From positions 51,212,001-51,276,000 of the forward strand of contig CM069142.1 of assembly GCA_035221665.1 (NCBI GenBank): 64,000 nt of DNA, read 5' to 3'. Every line of letters begins with the position of its first letter. Positions within the stretch are counted from its first letter, which is position 1. Made by a program: the position numbers and the translations under genes. A model generated the notes under the pieces. It was not told the DNA's origin, did not search any database, and saw only the letters and a list, made by a program, of their open reading frames with translations. Origin of the DNA: Okamejei kenojei. Lineage: Eukaryota. This document shows positions 13,546-27,652 of this stretch, piece by piece.

Positions 13546-14378
13546 GCATTGCAATATGCATTATTTCTTCCTATTCTGATGGTCATTCAATCACTTCCAT
13601 TGTTTCGGAGCCAAACTGTGTCGTTGTTTTCACTTTCAGTGCCGTTCCTGTATCCTCCTTGTGCAGATAATGCTAGAAGAATTATTGTGGAATCAGGATC
13701 TATTGGGCTTCCTTGTCCCAAAAAAACCTCAGTGTCAGTGAGGACAGTTGAGGATCAACCAATAAGAAGCAACAAATCGAGTACAGAGAAAGGAGAATAT
13801 AGAATAATTTGGAGGGGAAAGAGCAATATGACGTAAGGGAGGAAAGGCTGTGCATGTTTGAACTGATATGTCAGAGGATAAGGATGCAAGTTCAAATTGA
13901 AAAGGGAAAGGATCACCATGAATTGAGCACAGGACAAAAATATATCCATTTTTGTAGCCTATTACCATGTCTATTCAAGATTTTCCAATAGCTATAAGAA
14001 CCGTGTCATGCACTGCATGAATTGAACTATTCCATCTTAATGTTATTCTGCATGAGTTGTCACTTTTAGCTGGTTTAGTTAACTTGTTTGACAGTGCAAA
14101 GTGCACGCATGTCTCGTGTTATCCATTTATGTTTAATTTCCTTATTAGAGAAGGAAAATTTGTCAACTTCCTACCCATTTTGCTGAACACAGACCTACTT
14201 TGCAGAACAGTTGTTGTCTTCTGACCTCTTCCTGTTCCTTTTGTGCAGTTTGTATGGATTTCAGTCTGTGGGATTGATATGTGCTGTGCATCTATGTCAT
14301 CTTTAAAACAATGCATTTGATTTTTACCTTTGTTTACAAATTGTCAGTTTTATTTGGTTTCTCTGAAATGCATTACAG

Positions 14379-14459
14379 AGCCTAAAATACGATACTCCAG
14401 CACCTCCTCTCTCAATCCAGTTCCTGAATCAGTTACTATGGACACGGAGATATTCACAG
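14379..14459 (+). CDS. Repeat-gene exon, 81 nt: EPKIRYSSTSSLNPVPESVTMDTEIFT
   Basis: ttacAG acceptor, TTCACAG|gtagtt donor, phase 1-1. Confidence 0.88.
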
Positions 14460-14912
14460 GTAGTTTGTCAATGGCTGTTATATAACTGCCTTTTTGAAAG
14501 AATAGGCTGCATTTCTTTAAGAAGAAGAGCAATTTACCTTGGAATGCTTTAATAAATCAATATGTTGTAATATGCAAAGTAAATGAAGATAGTGTTGGAA
14601 AGCATATTTTATGATCTAGCATCCGTAAAGAATTATTCATCTTGCATCAACATTAATATTATATTTGCTAGACCTGTTTTTCATGATGAATAACAACTTA
14701 TGCCTGCAAGTCAATTATTGCCTTTGATCAAACAATATAGGCATTAAACTTTATCTGGAATATATTTTACATCGGACAAACTAGATAAGTTTGAGGGTCT
14801 TATAGATATAATTATTTATGTGCTCAGATATTCTTCCATTGAAACTACTGTGGCATCTTATAATATTTGAAATTACAGGCATTTTTCTTTGTTTCTATGA
14901 ATGATATTACAG

Positions 14913-14996
14913 AGCTTCCATCCAGTACTAGTTCATTTTCGTCCAGTTCAGATACGGTTTCCAAACCTGAGGTCGTGCACACAGAGTGGTTCACAG
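14913..14996 (+). CDS. Repeat-gene exon, 84 nt: ELPSSTSSFSSSSDTVSKPEVVHTEWFT
   Basis: ttacAG acceptor, TTCACAG|gtagat donor, phase 1-1. Confidence 0.85.
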
Positions 14997-15662
14997 GTAG
15001 ATTACTGAATGGAGCATGTTGCGCTGTTTTGCTGTATGTACTGAATTGAGCATATCCATTGGGCACATCATATTTGAATACATAAGTGATGAGTACAATA
15101 TTGTATTAGTCACCAGTAGTCATCCATGTCATGTGAGCATGTTCCAGCAAAAAGTATGTTGTCTGGTTGATAGCTTTTTCTCAATGTAGTCAAGAATCAG
15201 TTTGCTTTTGCAAGTCAGCAAACAGCATGCAAATGAGCACCTCTAAGCAACATAATTCAATGATATTTAAAATCTACCTTGCTTGGGCACGACACATTAT
15301 TTAAAATCAAAGTGAATCATTGCTTGGAAGGTCCACGTTTTTGTCGACGTTGTGTCTTGTCTGGCTGGTTACTTCCACTTCACAGATTATTTTGTGTATT
15401 TTTTTTATTTTTTGTGCCTTCGGCTTTAATCACAGAACAAGTGTAAATTATTTTATATGCAGCATGGATTTCATGCATTGTACTTTATTGGTATATTGGT
15501 ATAGTTGCTATATGGTTCCTAATCTAACATTTAGTCTGTCTACAATTTGCATGAATTGTGCTCCTTTGGCCATTTGAAGTATTTCAGTGGACTTTGAGGA
15601 TGATGAAGAAAAAAAATCAAATCTGTTAAAAGGTGTTTCCTTCCATTTGGTAAAAAAAACAA

Positions 15663-15752
15663 AGTATGAGGAACCATCCTCCAGTGATGCATTTTACATC
15701 TATTCACCCACAACCTCAGCACCTGATAATGTGGATAACAAACAATTCACAG
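15663..15752 (+). pseudogene. Probable pseudo-exon with acceptor CAG>CAA, 90 nt: (E)YEEPSSSDAFYIYSPTTSAPDNVDNKQFT
   Basis: Open frame and intact TTCACAG|gtagtt donor, but the homologous acceptor position (15660-15662) reads CAA; nearby AGs give phase 0. Confidence 0.65.
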
Positions 15753-17949
15753 GTAGTTAGTGCATATGAAATAGATATATGTATTTTCAATAACAATAAT
15801 TTTTGCTCAATGTCAATATAAGTACTATAGTTACATGTGGGAGACTCCAATGTCCATCATCAGTAACAGCACGGTATTACCACCATAGACTGAGATGGCA
15901 AAAATCCGAAGTTCAGAGCTCTGGACTGGATAGCCAGTAAGCATCAATTGAACCAATACAAGGGATAAGTCTGTACAATCACATCCTTACCAGTGTACCT
16001 ATTGTAAATGCATCAGTTGATGACAGTACTGGTACAGGTGACCAATGTGCAGTTCTTGTAGAGCCAAAGTCCTGTCTTGATACTGAGTGCATTACCATCA
16101 TGTTACGTTGTTCCCCAATGTTGCTAAATTACACTGACTCGGAATCGGTCTGGCAATTCAATACCATGAGGTGACGTAGACTGTTAGCGGCAGCAGATAT
16201 GTACATTACCACATTTACCTGCCAGTTACGGTTAGCTTAACTTTCATTCTACCGTTGCAATCAAGCTGAGGATCAACCCTCGTTAAATTAGGAGTGCAAA
16301 CGGCAGGTAGAGAGCAGCATCTGTTGCCCAAAAAGTAAGATTGTAAACTGATGCAGCTGCAGCAGAAGACAACATGTATGCTAAACATAACATGCAACAG
16401 TCTGAACCAACCAGTACATCAGATTACAATTCTGCTGTCCAGACATATCCAATCATGATTGGTGGTGGTCAATTCAACGGCTAAGAGCAGGAGGAGGCTC
16501 CAAAAACATTTCTATCCTCAGGATTGGCCAGGCACAACACATAAATGCCAAAGACGAGACTGAATGGTGGAAAGATGGAATGAAAAATTAGTCAGCAACG
16601 TCATTGTCATCCTGTTGAAATCTATTCAATATTTACGAGACAATGCTGCATGGATTGAGTAAAAGAATCATATTAATTGCTGGAAATAACAGGAACATCT
16701 ATTGAGGGACATCCTTAGCTAAAGATCCAAACCAAATGTTTTTGCATCATGCCATTCTAAGGAGAAAATGTCTGTTGAGGGGAAACTTGATGGAGTCTTG
16801 CAGTGGACACTGAATGTCATTAACGTAGTTTATTACGAATTTCAAAAAGTAATTTGTTTAGGTATTTTATTGCTGTCATATCATTGACTTAACAGTTGGA
16901 AGATCGGGAGATGTAAATCCCTGGGTCTGTTGTTTGGCATTGTTTTTGATAAAGTTAATAATAGCAAGTATAACATTGGTCTCCAGCAATATAAATAAGC
17001 TGTAACAAAGCATACATTATTTTATTTTATCATTTTAGATATTTATTTGATTCGTTTTGATTGAGTGAACAGTGACAATGAATAGCTTCAATATTGCATT
17101 TGTTCAGCCAGTTGGTATGGTAAATATCTCAGGTACTTCGCAAGAGTGTATGAAACAAAATCTTCAAACATCAGTGGCCTTTATATTGGTTAATCAGAGA
17201 AATCTTGCTTGTGATTGGGAACTAAAATTGACCATTCTTTGTGTGACATTAATTTCCTTTAAATTCTCATTTGCTCAAATTATGAAATTATGACCTGTGT
17301 CTTACGAATAGATTTGATAATTAATTTTACTTTGGAATGAATATTGTAGAGAAAGCTGTTCATGTCCACTATTTATATCAAATGTGATATTTTCACAAAT
17401 TTTAAAGTACATCACTGTAAAACACTCGGGTTTGCCTGAAATGCACTGCATTGGAACAAATACTTAAAACTAGAAAATATTGTAAATAAATAGTATTTCT
17501 AAAATTAATTTACATTCTTTCCTGAATCATCTTACCCTGATAACATTTTATAGACATTTAGAGAAAGTCCATCACTTAGTCATTTTATTGTGGTGTTTTT
17601 GAAAGGCACATCAAAGAATTCTGTTAAGAATGTGCATTCATTAAAGTATAACCACTTTCACACAGTCAGATCTATTTTTAAAACCGTACATCTGTTTCCT
17701 CTTCAGCATTAATAATTCTGTGGTCTGATGCATAATTACAAATGTATTAAAGATTGAACATAGTAGGGTTTTGCGCACTATGGATAAACAACATATCTAA
17801 ATGACATAGGAAAGTTGAATTAATAGAATAGTTCAGCTACATTCTTGCTGTCTGTGGTTTGCAGGCATGAGGTTTGCATGGTATACTTCTGCACCTATTT
17901 TCTTATGTTCATATTACAGAGTTTGCTCTTTGTTTTGACCAAATTGCAG

Positions 17950-18039
17950 AACGTGTGGTTGAGCCCACCGCCAATTCATTTTTCACCACCTCAAATACAA
18001 TTTACGAATTTGATTCTCCACAACGGGAGCAGATTTCAG
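17950..18039 (+). CDS. Repeat-gene exon, 90 nt: ERVVEPTANSFFTTSNTIYEFDSPQREQIS
   Basis: ttgcAG acceptor, TCAG|gtagta donor, phase 1-1. Confidence 0.8.
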
Positions 18040-18516
18040 GTAGTATGTAGATAAGTCATGGCATGGATGCACACTTCATTGTCCTGTTCACCACTGGAAT
18101 GCAGACGCATTATCTATGTGCTTTCTTGCTCTTGAAAGATGGAAAGTGGCAAAATGCATCAATAAGCCAATATACAATTACGCAGTGCAATACATTAGGA
18201 TTAGTTTGGTAAGCAAATCTATATATTTTAGCTTTAGAATCTAGCTTTAGTCAGGTATCAATGTATCAATGACCATTTGCATGAATCACATTATTGTGAA
18301 CAATTTGCATGGAGGTGCAATTTAAATGTATCAGATTACTTCAGAGTACTGCTTAGCTTGATCAATGTATTCCATCATGCTTGGCCACTGCTCTGCATAT
18401 ATTTATATGGTTTTGAATTAGGTATGCTATACATTATCACATCTTATTTGATACCATGCAAAACAGTCCAGTTGGTAAAATAAATGCTTTATTTGTATTC
18501 TCTGAATAAGTTCCAG

Positions 18517-18603
18517 AATTTGGGAAACCATTCTTGAGCAGTTCGCCTGTCAACTCTTTAGAATCATCTAAAGATGATGCAGTGGAACCAAAACAATCCA
18601 CAG
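18517..18603 (+). CDS. Repeat-gene exon, 87 nt: EFGKPFLSSSPVNSLESSKDDAVEPKQST
   Basis: ttccAG acceptor, ACAG|gtattc donor, phase 1-1. Confidence 0.83.
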
Positions 18604-20279
18604 GTATTCTCAACGAGAAACGTGAATTAGCCTTAATTTGTTTCAATGTGTTAATTCCATCATTTTATTCACATATATAAATGTCATTGTTATTGTCAGT
18701 TTCATTTTCTCACCTGAAATGAAAAATCAGAAGGTCCGAATGACCAGTAAGAAATTTGCATCCTTAAACTTAGAAAAGGTGATTAACCAACAGTTAGTTA
18801 GAGTATTTGCATAAAGTAGATTCCTAATCAGCAGAATATATTTTGGAATGAAGTAAATCAATACGCTCATGAAACTATAGCTCACAGGTACTTAAACATG
18901 TGAACTTTGTTGCTCGTAAATAGCGCATTATTCTGAGGGTTAATTCTACACCTTTGTTGGTATAACATTGTTCAATATACCTTGGATCATTTGGATTATT
19001 TTGGTTGGAAAGAATTTCTGAGACTTATATCCCAAAATTGGTTTAAGTATTCATCCCCATTATCTCCCTCTTGTGGGAGATGACTTTTGAGATGGAGTCA
19101 TGATTTGCAGATAAAGTGCAGAATCGATGAGCTGATCTTTTCGTATCCTATGTTCTCATATGTTTGCTTGTTACCTGAAGGCACTGTTTGGTGAAGTGCT
19201 CTGTATCAATGTATATTTTTAAACATTATATTTAGTCGGCATTCAGAACCGTTTTGACTTCTGAGTGCAGTAATGATTGAGTGTATTGGAAATAGCTGAA
19301 CATGATTTGGATTATGAGAAAAAAAAAACCGTTAGAACTGAAAATAATAATGGACAGAAGCATGAAAAGAACAAAATACACAAATGGCCTTATCAGTTGT
19401 GATTATTATTTCTTACTTACCACTTTAGTTCATTGATTGACTTGTTTCTTTGCTACTCGTACAGTGCTGGCTTTCTCCAAAATTTGCTTTGTTGACTTGA
19501 GATATTGAGCCGCTGCTTTCTTTTACCGTTGACTACATATTTGTGCTGAAAATTAGTATTTGGTAAAATATAAGAACAAAATAACTAAAAACAGGGTAGG
19601 GTAATTGGACCTTCACATGCACTCAGCCATTCACAAGATCATGGCTTCATTTTAGCACCACTTTTATGTGCTTTATATATAAGCCTCTATCAACTCCTGT
19701 TTTGAGTGTACCAGTGTGAGAACCTCCTCAGCCTGCCTGGCTCAAATTCCAACAATTCACTATCTCTGAGTGAAGAAATGTATTCTCAATTTGTCCTGAA
19801 ACCCTTCCTTTGTGACCGTGACCGCTAGTTTTAAACCATTGTTTTTTCAATATGGAGGAGGGTAGGCAGCTTTGTGATCCTTGGGTGAATTAAGGGATAT
19901 TAAAAACATGGTTTGTCAAAATAGATCAGGCAAGGCTCAGCAGCATGAAGCACAAAGATTTCAGACAATTAATATGAGAAAGGCTCAGATGAGAAAGGGT
20001 ATTACAGAGAATGCTTGGGGAAAGTGCAAATTCCCAGACTGAAAAGCTACATGTTCTGCCTCTGCCCTGGCTATTCTACATTAGCAGTATATAGATTTAG
20101 CAACCCAGATGTGATCATCTCCCCATCTATCTTGTCAAGTCATGTGAGAATTTTGCATATTGTGCCAAACAAGATGTCAAGATAAACTAATCTTATCTGC
20201 TTGCTCATGATCCATATCCCTGTCATGAGGTATCAAATGGCCAACCTGCTTCTTTTCTTTGTATTCTTAAGTTCTAGAA

Positions 20280-20490
20280 CAGGTTTTCCATCCTGTTTAC
20301 CCTTGGCAACTTTAATAGCACATAACAATGTTATTTCACTTATTTATGAACAACTAATGATAAACAGATAGCGGTATACCAGTCACTCAATGAGAAAACA
20401 TTTGTACACATCCGGAATCAACAAATTTACCCCCTGGGTAGGCGAAATTTACCCTCTGGGGGTACATTTACCCCAAGTTGGGAACCCTTG
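20280..20490. mobile_element. hAT (Charlie-like) MITE
   Basis: Imperfect CAGG..TTCC TIRs (right end reverse complement CAAGGGTTCCCAAC); 8-bp near-identical flanks ttctagaa/ctctagaa (NTCTAGAN target). Confidence 0.6.
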
Positions 20491-21325
20491 CTCTAGAACA
20501 CTCACAGCATAGTGGGAGTACCTTCACTAGGAGGTACCATCAGGAAGACCACTCAACACCACCAGGAAATTAGGTTGGGTAAAGGGCTTGTCCTACTTAC
20601 GCAATTTTTTCGGCAACTGCCAGCACCCTTCACCAGAAAAAGATACGACTATTTGGGCGACTACTCACGACTATACAGGCGTCACCCCACGAAATGTCTG
20701 GAAAGAATGTTGGAACAACCATGTGCCACTCTTACAGATAGTTCAGTTTTAATTTAATTTTAAGTATTGGGAGAAAATGTCACTGTTGATAAGAAAATCT
20801 AATGTTCATCTGGAAGTACCAGAACATCTATCAATGGAAATTGAAATGATTCTTGAATGTAAGCTTGAGCAAATCTACTCAAATGTGCAAAGTATTTCTG
20901 AAATTAAAACTGAACTATCTGTAAGAGATGGTCTGCTGGTGAATTTCAAGAGAAAATATGTCCACAGTGAAGGGCACCTGTCTTGTCAATGAAGATGTTT
21001 TGTTGGGTAAGTGGAGTAATTATTAGATCACATGGTAATATATTTAAGGTTTACTTCATAACAGTGGCAGTTAGATACAGACGTGTTAGAAGAAATGTTT
21101 GTGAGTCAGAGGAATTTTCACTGCTAACTTAGACAAAATAAATTCCCAGTTCAAGTTCCTTTTTATTTTTGCTGTCAACAATGAAAAATAAATGCTTATC
21201 TTTTAACTTCAGACCTTTTTTGATTGATAAATACTGTTGGCCATACGACAAGGTGTGGGTTCCCTTTGGAAAAATGTTAATTAATTTTCTGAATCCAAGA
21301 TTTTTTTTTTCAATGCACATGATAG

Positions 21326-21409
21326 AATCATCATTCACTACGAATAAAGCCCTCATCACTTCAAATCCAATTACTGATGCAGACAACAAAGTTCAACAGC
21401 CATTTGCAG
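21326..21409 (+). CDS. Repeat-gene exon, 84 nt: ESSFTTNKALITSNPITDADNKVQQPFA
   Basis: T-tract then gatAG acceptor, GCAG|gtaatt donor, phase 1-1. Confidence 0.8.
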
Positions 21410-21989
21410 GTAATTTTAATAAATACACAGCAAAAAATACCAAACTTTTGTTTAAAGATAAATTGTTGGCATCTCTTAACATTGGGAAAAAACAAACCAT
21501 GCAACTTATTTCCTCCTTTGCTTGCTATCTTTCCAAATTTATAATATGTAGTAAACATGATACTCAAAGTTTAGATTGGCACAGGAAAGGACGAGGAGCT
21601 TGCCAGCTTACTTATTCGGAGGACATCCAATTTTAAATAAATTTAAAAACAGATTTGGCAAATTGGGGTCAAATGGAGAACACGTAGTTCTGCCTAAAAT
21701 GCATGTGTTTCCATTGTGTTAAATGGATATAATGTGTTTGATGAATTGGGGAACACTATTTGTATTATGTGGACTGAATTGGTTATCAAGTGTCGTTATT
21801 CAAAAATATCTTTATTTTTGAAAATCCTGCAGGAAAATAACTTTGTTATTATGGGTCTGAAATTTTCTGGGCCTAAATCCTCTATTCCCTATTAAGACAT
21901 TTGTTTTCTTAACATGATTTTCTTTAACGTGAGGTTTCTTAGATATGCAGCTATTGCATCATAGCAAAACTACCTGTACCGTAGTAACA

Positions 21990-22540
21990 ATATCGATATA
22001 GATAGCTAATGAGACTGCATCTGAAATGTTGTCTACAAATCTGGTTTCCCTCCCTATAAAAAGTTGTGTCAGTGGGAGTGCTGTGAAGATTTACCAGATT
22101 AATTCCTGGGATGATGTTTGTTATTTGAGGGAACATTAAACAGAGTAGGCATGTGTCCTCTTTAATTCAGAAGAATGAGAATATATATAAATTCTTGCCT
22201 ACTTGACAATGTAGATTCAGAGGTGATGTTTTCCCAAGCTAGGTTCCCAGATATCACATCATCAAACCACGGGATCAGTCATTCAGGACAGAGATAACAA
22301 GAAATCGTTTTACCCAGGTGGTAGTCAATCTTCAGAAATTTCTAACAAAGAAAGTTGTGCAAGTTTAGTTGTTGAGTATATTCATGGTAGAGATTAAAAG
22401 ATATTTAGACATTAAGGGATTCAAGAGACATGGAGTCAATATGAGAAACTGTTGCTGATGGAAAAGGTTAGCTATCATCTAACAAAATTATTAAATATGC
22501 AGAATTAATAACCTCTGCCTCGATGTGTTATGTTCTTGTA
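21990..22540 (+). mobile_element. Degenerate CR1 LINE 3' fragment
   Basis: Similar to CR1 3' ORF2 (agatttaccagattaattcctgggatg; ttcagaagaatgaga) and 3' UTR. Confidence 0.65.
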
Positions 22541-23139
22541 ATCAGAGGGAATATGGAAAGAAAAAGACTGATAAAATAGCATGAGGAATTCTGGCAATCA
22601 AAATGTCTTGGCAGTATCTTTCTAAACAATTAAATGGTGGTAAAAAGAGATGTGGCCAATTGGAGACCATAAAAGAGAGCTACATTTGAAGCCAGAGAAC
22701 ATCAGTGTCAGAATGGATATGGCAGCTCAATACCAGGCATCAATGAGACCCTGTGGACCACAATCAGTAAGATTTGTATTCCAACACAATCTGTAAGTTA
22801 TTAGCTGGCATATCTTTCACTCTGGCATTTTAGCAAGATAGGGGATCAACCCTGCTTCAGTTGGAAGGGCATCAAAGGGCATGGTTGCAATAATCAAGTG
22901 ACAAATTTGTGAATCTGAAAAACAGTGCTTCATCCATTCCAAATAGAAAAAAAAACACAACATACATTATATTGAGCCAAGTGATCCCATGACCAAAAAT
23001 ACTAAACAAACCTGCAGCTTCACAACATCTGATTATAAATTATGTTAAATAGCTGATGTGTTTTTGGGTTACCCACAAGAATAGCAAAGTCCATTAAGTG
23101 AGTCGCAAAGTTAAGGTCATCCTAAAGCACCAAGTGCTT

Positions 23140-24640
23140 TAAGTTGGCCTCCTGCTAAGTGCCCAATCATTGCACAAGCCAGTCTTCAGCCAATTTGGTT
23201 CACTCCATGTAATATCAATGCCCTATTGAGAGCACTGGATATAGCAAAAGCTATGGGACCAAACATCCTGGCTGTAGTAATAAAGATTGTCACTCGAGTA
23301 CCAGCTGTGCTCCACCCAAGTTGTCTCAGTAGATTTATAGTATTGGTATTTACCCGAAAATGACTCTGTTATGTCTGGTTCATGAAAAGTTCATGAAATC
23401 CAATCTTACTGAATACCATCCAATCAGTCTACCTTCAAAGTTGGAATATATCATTGACAGTACTATCTAGAGGTACTTACTCACCTCTAACCTGCTCAAC
23501 CTTGCCCAGTTTGGATTTTGCCGAGGCTGCTCATCTCCAGAACTCACTTTTGACAGTGCAAATAATAGGTAACTTTCAGAAATTGCACGTGTTTGACCAC
23601 ACCACATCAGAGATACAATTGACTGATTGAAAATGGCACAAGGAACTCTGGTGAACATGGTCAGGGGGCCAAAAGGAAAAATATTTAAGGGTTTGGAGTC
23701 GTATCCTGCACAAAAGAAGGTGTTTGCGGTTGGTAGCGATCAATTATCGCATCTCCAGCTCATTGTGATTCCTGAGGGCAGTGTCCTGGCCAAACTATCT
23801 TCAATTCCTTCATCAACAACCAACCATTGATTATAAGATGGTACACAAAAGGCTGGAGAAACTCAGCGGGTGCAGCAGCATCTAAGGAGCGAAGGAGATA
23901 GGCGACGTTTCGGGTCGAGACCCTTCTTCAGACTGGACTACTCCATTTTGATTATAAGATCATGAGTAGCATTGTTCACTGATAATTGCATAATGTTTAA
24001 TTCCATTCTCAGCTCTTCAGCAAATGGAATGATACATGTTGGCTTGCAGAAAGACCGGGACGATATTTAGGCAGAGGCTGGAAGTGGTAAATGAATATCA
24101 CACCTAAGTAATTGACCATCGGCAGCAAGAGATTGTCCAGCATTCAAATGTATTACCATAATTGAGCCCCTGATTATGCAGATACAAGAGCAAGATAGAA
24201 ACTGAGTATCCTAGGGCAAGTGACAGCCTGAAGCCATTCTACCTTCAATAAGGCACAAGTCAGGAGAACAGTGGAATACTCTCCACCTGCCCTCAAGAAG
24301 CTTCACACCATCAAGGGCAAAGGAGCATATTGATCAGTAGCCCATCTCCCACACTAAACATGCATTCCCTCTTCAACTGGTGCACCAGGGGCTGAAGTGT
24401 TCGCCACTTTTTTCTCACCTGGCCAACTCAGATATCAGTTTCAAACTCATGATCTCTATATTCAAGAAGGACACAAATATTAAATGCATGGATGCACCAC
24501 CTTCTGGAAATTTCCCATAAATCTCACTTGATCCTGATATGAAAATAAACCTTTGTTCCTTCAGTTCCCTGGAGCTAAATCCTTGCCTTCTCTACTCAAC
24601 AGCATAGGAGAGTACTTTCAACAGCAATCTATGTTTCTCT
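23140..24640 (+). mobile_element. Old LINE (CR1/L2-type RT) remnant
   Basis: Degenerate RT-like motifs: aaagctatgggacca (KAMGP), taccatccaatcagtcta (YxPISL), cctgagggcagtgtcctggcc (PQGSVLGP-like). Many frameshifts. Confidence 0.6.
23840..23947. mobile_element. Short Penelope-type repeat insertion nested in LINE, 13-bp TSD
   Basis: ttgattataagat at 23827-23839 and 23948-23960 flanks ggtacacaaaaggctggagaaactcagcggg... Confidence 0.7.
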
Positions 24641-25511
24641 AGGACTGCAATGGGGTATGGAAGTGTAAGAAATAAAGTAAATTATTTTATTTCCAGACCA
24701 GTCCTAAAACATTCCTAGTGATTTATTTAGCTCATGAAATCTCTGAATGAATTCTTTGTTGATACTTCATGGAAGATCTTGCATCTGTTTTGAATCTGTT
24801 GAATGACCAACCACAAAATTACTATGAACCAGTAACATGAAGTTCAGACACTACACAGAGATGCAGCGTATTATGGACAGCAATGTCTGTTTTCTTCCCT
24901 TTAGAGTACAGGGCAAGAACTGGCAGTTCTTTATTAACTGAAGATGATTGCAAGTGATGTGTTTAAACCTGTCATTAGTGCACAAAAATATAACAGCAGA
25001 TGTAAGCTACTGATGTAATTGTTTCTGTGAAAAAATGATGCACGGGCACTGATTTGAATTTTGGATGCGTTAGGACAAGCTTAACTGAGAAACAAAGAAA
25101 AAAATTGCTGGTGCTGCAAATCTGAAATAAAGCAGAAAATGTTGGGAAAATGCAACAGATCAGTTGGGAGAGAGAGAGAGAGACAGACAGACGGGCCTAG
25201 CTTTGATGAGTATCTTGGTCAGCATGGATAAGTAGGGCTGAAGGGCTTGCATCTGAGCTGTGTGTCGCTGAAGGTTATTAAGCTGAAACATTGACTCTTC
25301 TCCCACAATGGAAATGTTGTTGACAAAACAGTTTGTTTGACGAGCAAACTGCAATACATGTAATATTCAGATAGGGTTAGAATTCCAAAATGTGAAGGGC
25401 CTTCCACTTAATTTTAACACAGTAGTGTGTCACCAACTTTTGGACCTTGATGCTAAATCCTTATCTCTTTAGATGATTGTTTCCTTTAACTTATCTTCAT
25501 TCTAAATATTA

Positions 25512-25950
25512 GTGACACCATGGTGCAGCTAGCAGAGCTGTCGCATCATATATCCAGCATTCCTGGTGCAATCCTGATCTCTGGTGCAATCCTGATCTCT
25601 GGTGCAATCCTGATCTCTGGTGCAATCCTGATCTCTGGTGCAATCCTGATCTCTGGTGCAATCCTGATCTCTGGTGCTTTCTGTGGAGTTTACACGCTCT
25701 TTATTTGACAGGATGGGTTTCCACCAGATGGTTTTGTTTCCTCCCACAAACCAAAAACGCATGGATTGGTAGGTTAATTGGCCATTGTAAATTACCCCTT
25801 GTGTGCAAATGAGGAGAATTGATGGAACTATTGCGAAAAGGAAATGGGTTAGAGTAGGATTAGTATAAAAATGGCTACTTGATGGTCGGATATGGAAATA
25901 CATGTGGTGGACTGAAGGGCCTGTTTCCATGATGTATCTCTGAACTAAAC
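25512..25950 (+). mobile_element. tRNA-derived SINE (HE1/V-SINE-like) with internal tandem expansion
   Basis: 5' caccatggtgcagctagcagagctg; central gtaggttaattggc; 3' gaagggcctgtttccatgatgtatctctgaactaaac. Confidence 0.8.
25563..25677 (+). repeat. 18-bp minisatellite (CTGGTGCAATCCTGATCT) x6.4
   Basis: Six perfect units plus CTGGTGC, at the SINE B-box position. Confidence 0.95.
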
Positions 25951-26027
25951 AATAATGCACTTTTATCAGTATCAGTGCTGCTATGTTGCATAATTGGAAA
26001 ATTGCATTTAATATTTTTGTTATCTAG

Positions 26028-26102
26028 ATTTTGCACTACTAGATTCTGACACTCCGGTTACTGTGTATGATGTTGATAACCCTGAAGAGAACGAATCCAC
26101 AG
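26028..26102 (+). CDS. Repeat-gene exon, 75 nt: DFALLDSDTPVTVYDVDNPEENEST
   Basis: tttttgttatctAG acceptor, CCACAG|gtattc donor, phase 1-1. Confidence 0.8.
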
Positions 26103-26395
26103 GTATTCCAAGCAATACTTAACTCTGGGTTACATATTTTAGCTTAATGTTATACAGAAGAATATTTATACGAAACAGTTGGATCACGTTATTCAGTAAT
26201 CTTTATTTATGTTTTCAATGGAGCAAATTATGTTAATATTCATTCCACACCCATAATCATTTGAAGAGTTTTTGCATAAATTTTTCCTGATTCCTGGGAA
26301 ACATTTGGGAATTCACAGAATATTAGTGTTAAAGCATGAAAAACTAAAGTGATTAACTGATGGAAAAAAGTGTAGTATTTGACTGGAATGACAGG

Positions 26396-26680
26396 ATATA
26401 ACCATATAACCATAACAATTACAGCACGGAATCAGGCCATCTCGGCCCTTCTAGTCCGTGCCGAACACTTACTCTCACCTAGTCCCATCTACCTGCACTC
26501 AGACCATACCCCTCCATTCCTTTCCCGTCCATATACCTATTCAATTAATTTTTAAATGATAAAATCGAACCTGCCTCCAACTCATCCACTGGAAGCTCAT
26601 TCCACACAGCTACCACTGAGTAAAGATGTTCCCCATCATGTTACCCCTAAACCTCTGTCCCTTAATTTTCAAATCATGTG
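26396..26680 (-). mobile_element. CR1-type LINE 3' end (second subfamily)
   Basis: (ATATAACC)n tail followed by caggccatctcggccc and cattccacacagctaccact (reverse complement of the VxxWNEL region). Confidence 0.7.
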
Positions 26681-27652
26681 GTGGGATTGGTGGGACAATT
26701 GCAAGGAAGTGGAGTCAGACAACTTAGCAGGAGACTCAACCAATTTTTGCTTCCCAAATAACCTGGGATGATGGACAAGGTGAGCTTATTACTGTTTGAT
26801 GAAATCTGATGGCATCCCCAAAGCCTTAACACTCGTCACTTTATTTTCATGTTTCATGTATTTTGTAGTTTTTATGACTGTTGACAAATTAATTTCCCTC
26901 CTGGGATAAATAAAGTTCTATCATATTGTAGAGTACCTTCCAACTCGCCCATTAGCATATCAGACATTTGCCACACGTGACTGAAGTTAATCATCTGCTC
27001 CGGTAGCTTTTCTATTTTTATGTAAGTTTGGAGCTACTGTGACACTGGGTTTTTCTAATTTTATTTACTTATCAGGCATTTGTTTTTTTCAAATTAATGA
27101 TGTTATAGTTTTATTTCTAGAATATGTAGAAAGAAATGGGGTAACTTATACATCATGGTTTTCATTATATTGCCCGTGATGTGTTAGTTGCTCATAAATA
27201 GGGCATCTAAAAAAAATTGGTACAAAATACGTAAACTACTGGAGTAACTCAGTAGGTCAAGCAGTATCTGTGGAAGCAAAGAGATATTTGACATTGTAGA
27301 TCAAGAACCCTGAATTAAGATTGAAAGTATTAACTGAACAATTTGTTTTTCTGCTCAAGATTCCAACATCTGCAGTCTCTTGTGTTTCAAAAGATTTATT
27401 TTTCAGCTAATAGAACATTCACATTAATTTTGGTTGAAGAATCATCAATCAAATACTTTTAACGTACAAAGAATATTTAAATTTAATAGCTGAATCAGTT
27501 GATATACCATTTCTCAATAAGTTTTAAGATTGCACGTATTTCTGTCCAGCCGTAGAATCGCAAAATATATTCTAATTCAAATATATTTACTAGTAGACCT
27601 CTTTCATCATTGATTAAGAATTTTGTACTTGATTTCCTTCTTTTCCTCTTAG

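Noticed and set aside
13549-13836. 95-aa ORF or possible exon after gtgcag at ~13666
   Set aside because: No homology to the exon family, no matching phase-1 family donor and no recognisable domain.
25520-25960. GAILIS / TRDQDC repeat proteins
   Set aside because: Translations of an 18-bp minisatellite within a SINE.
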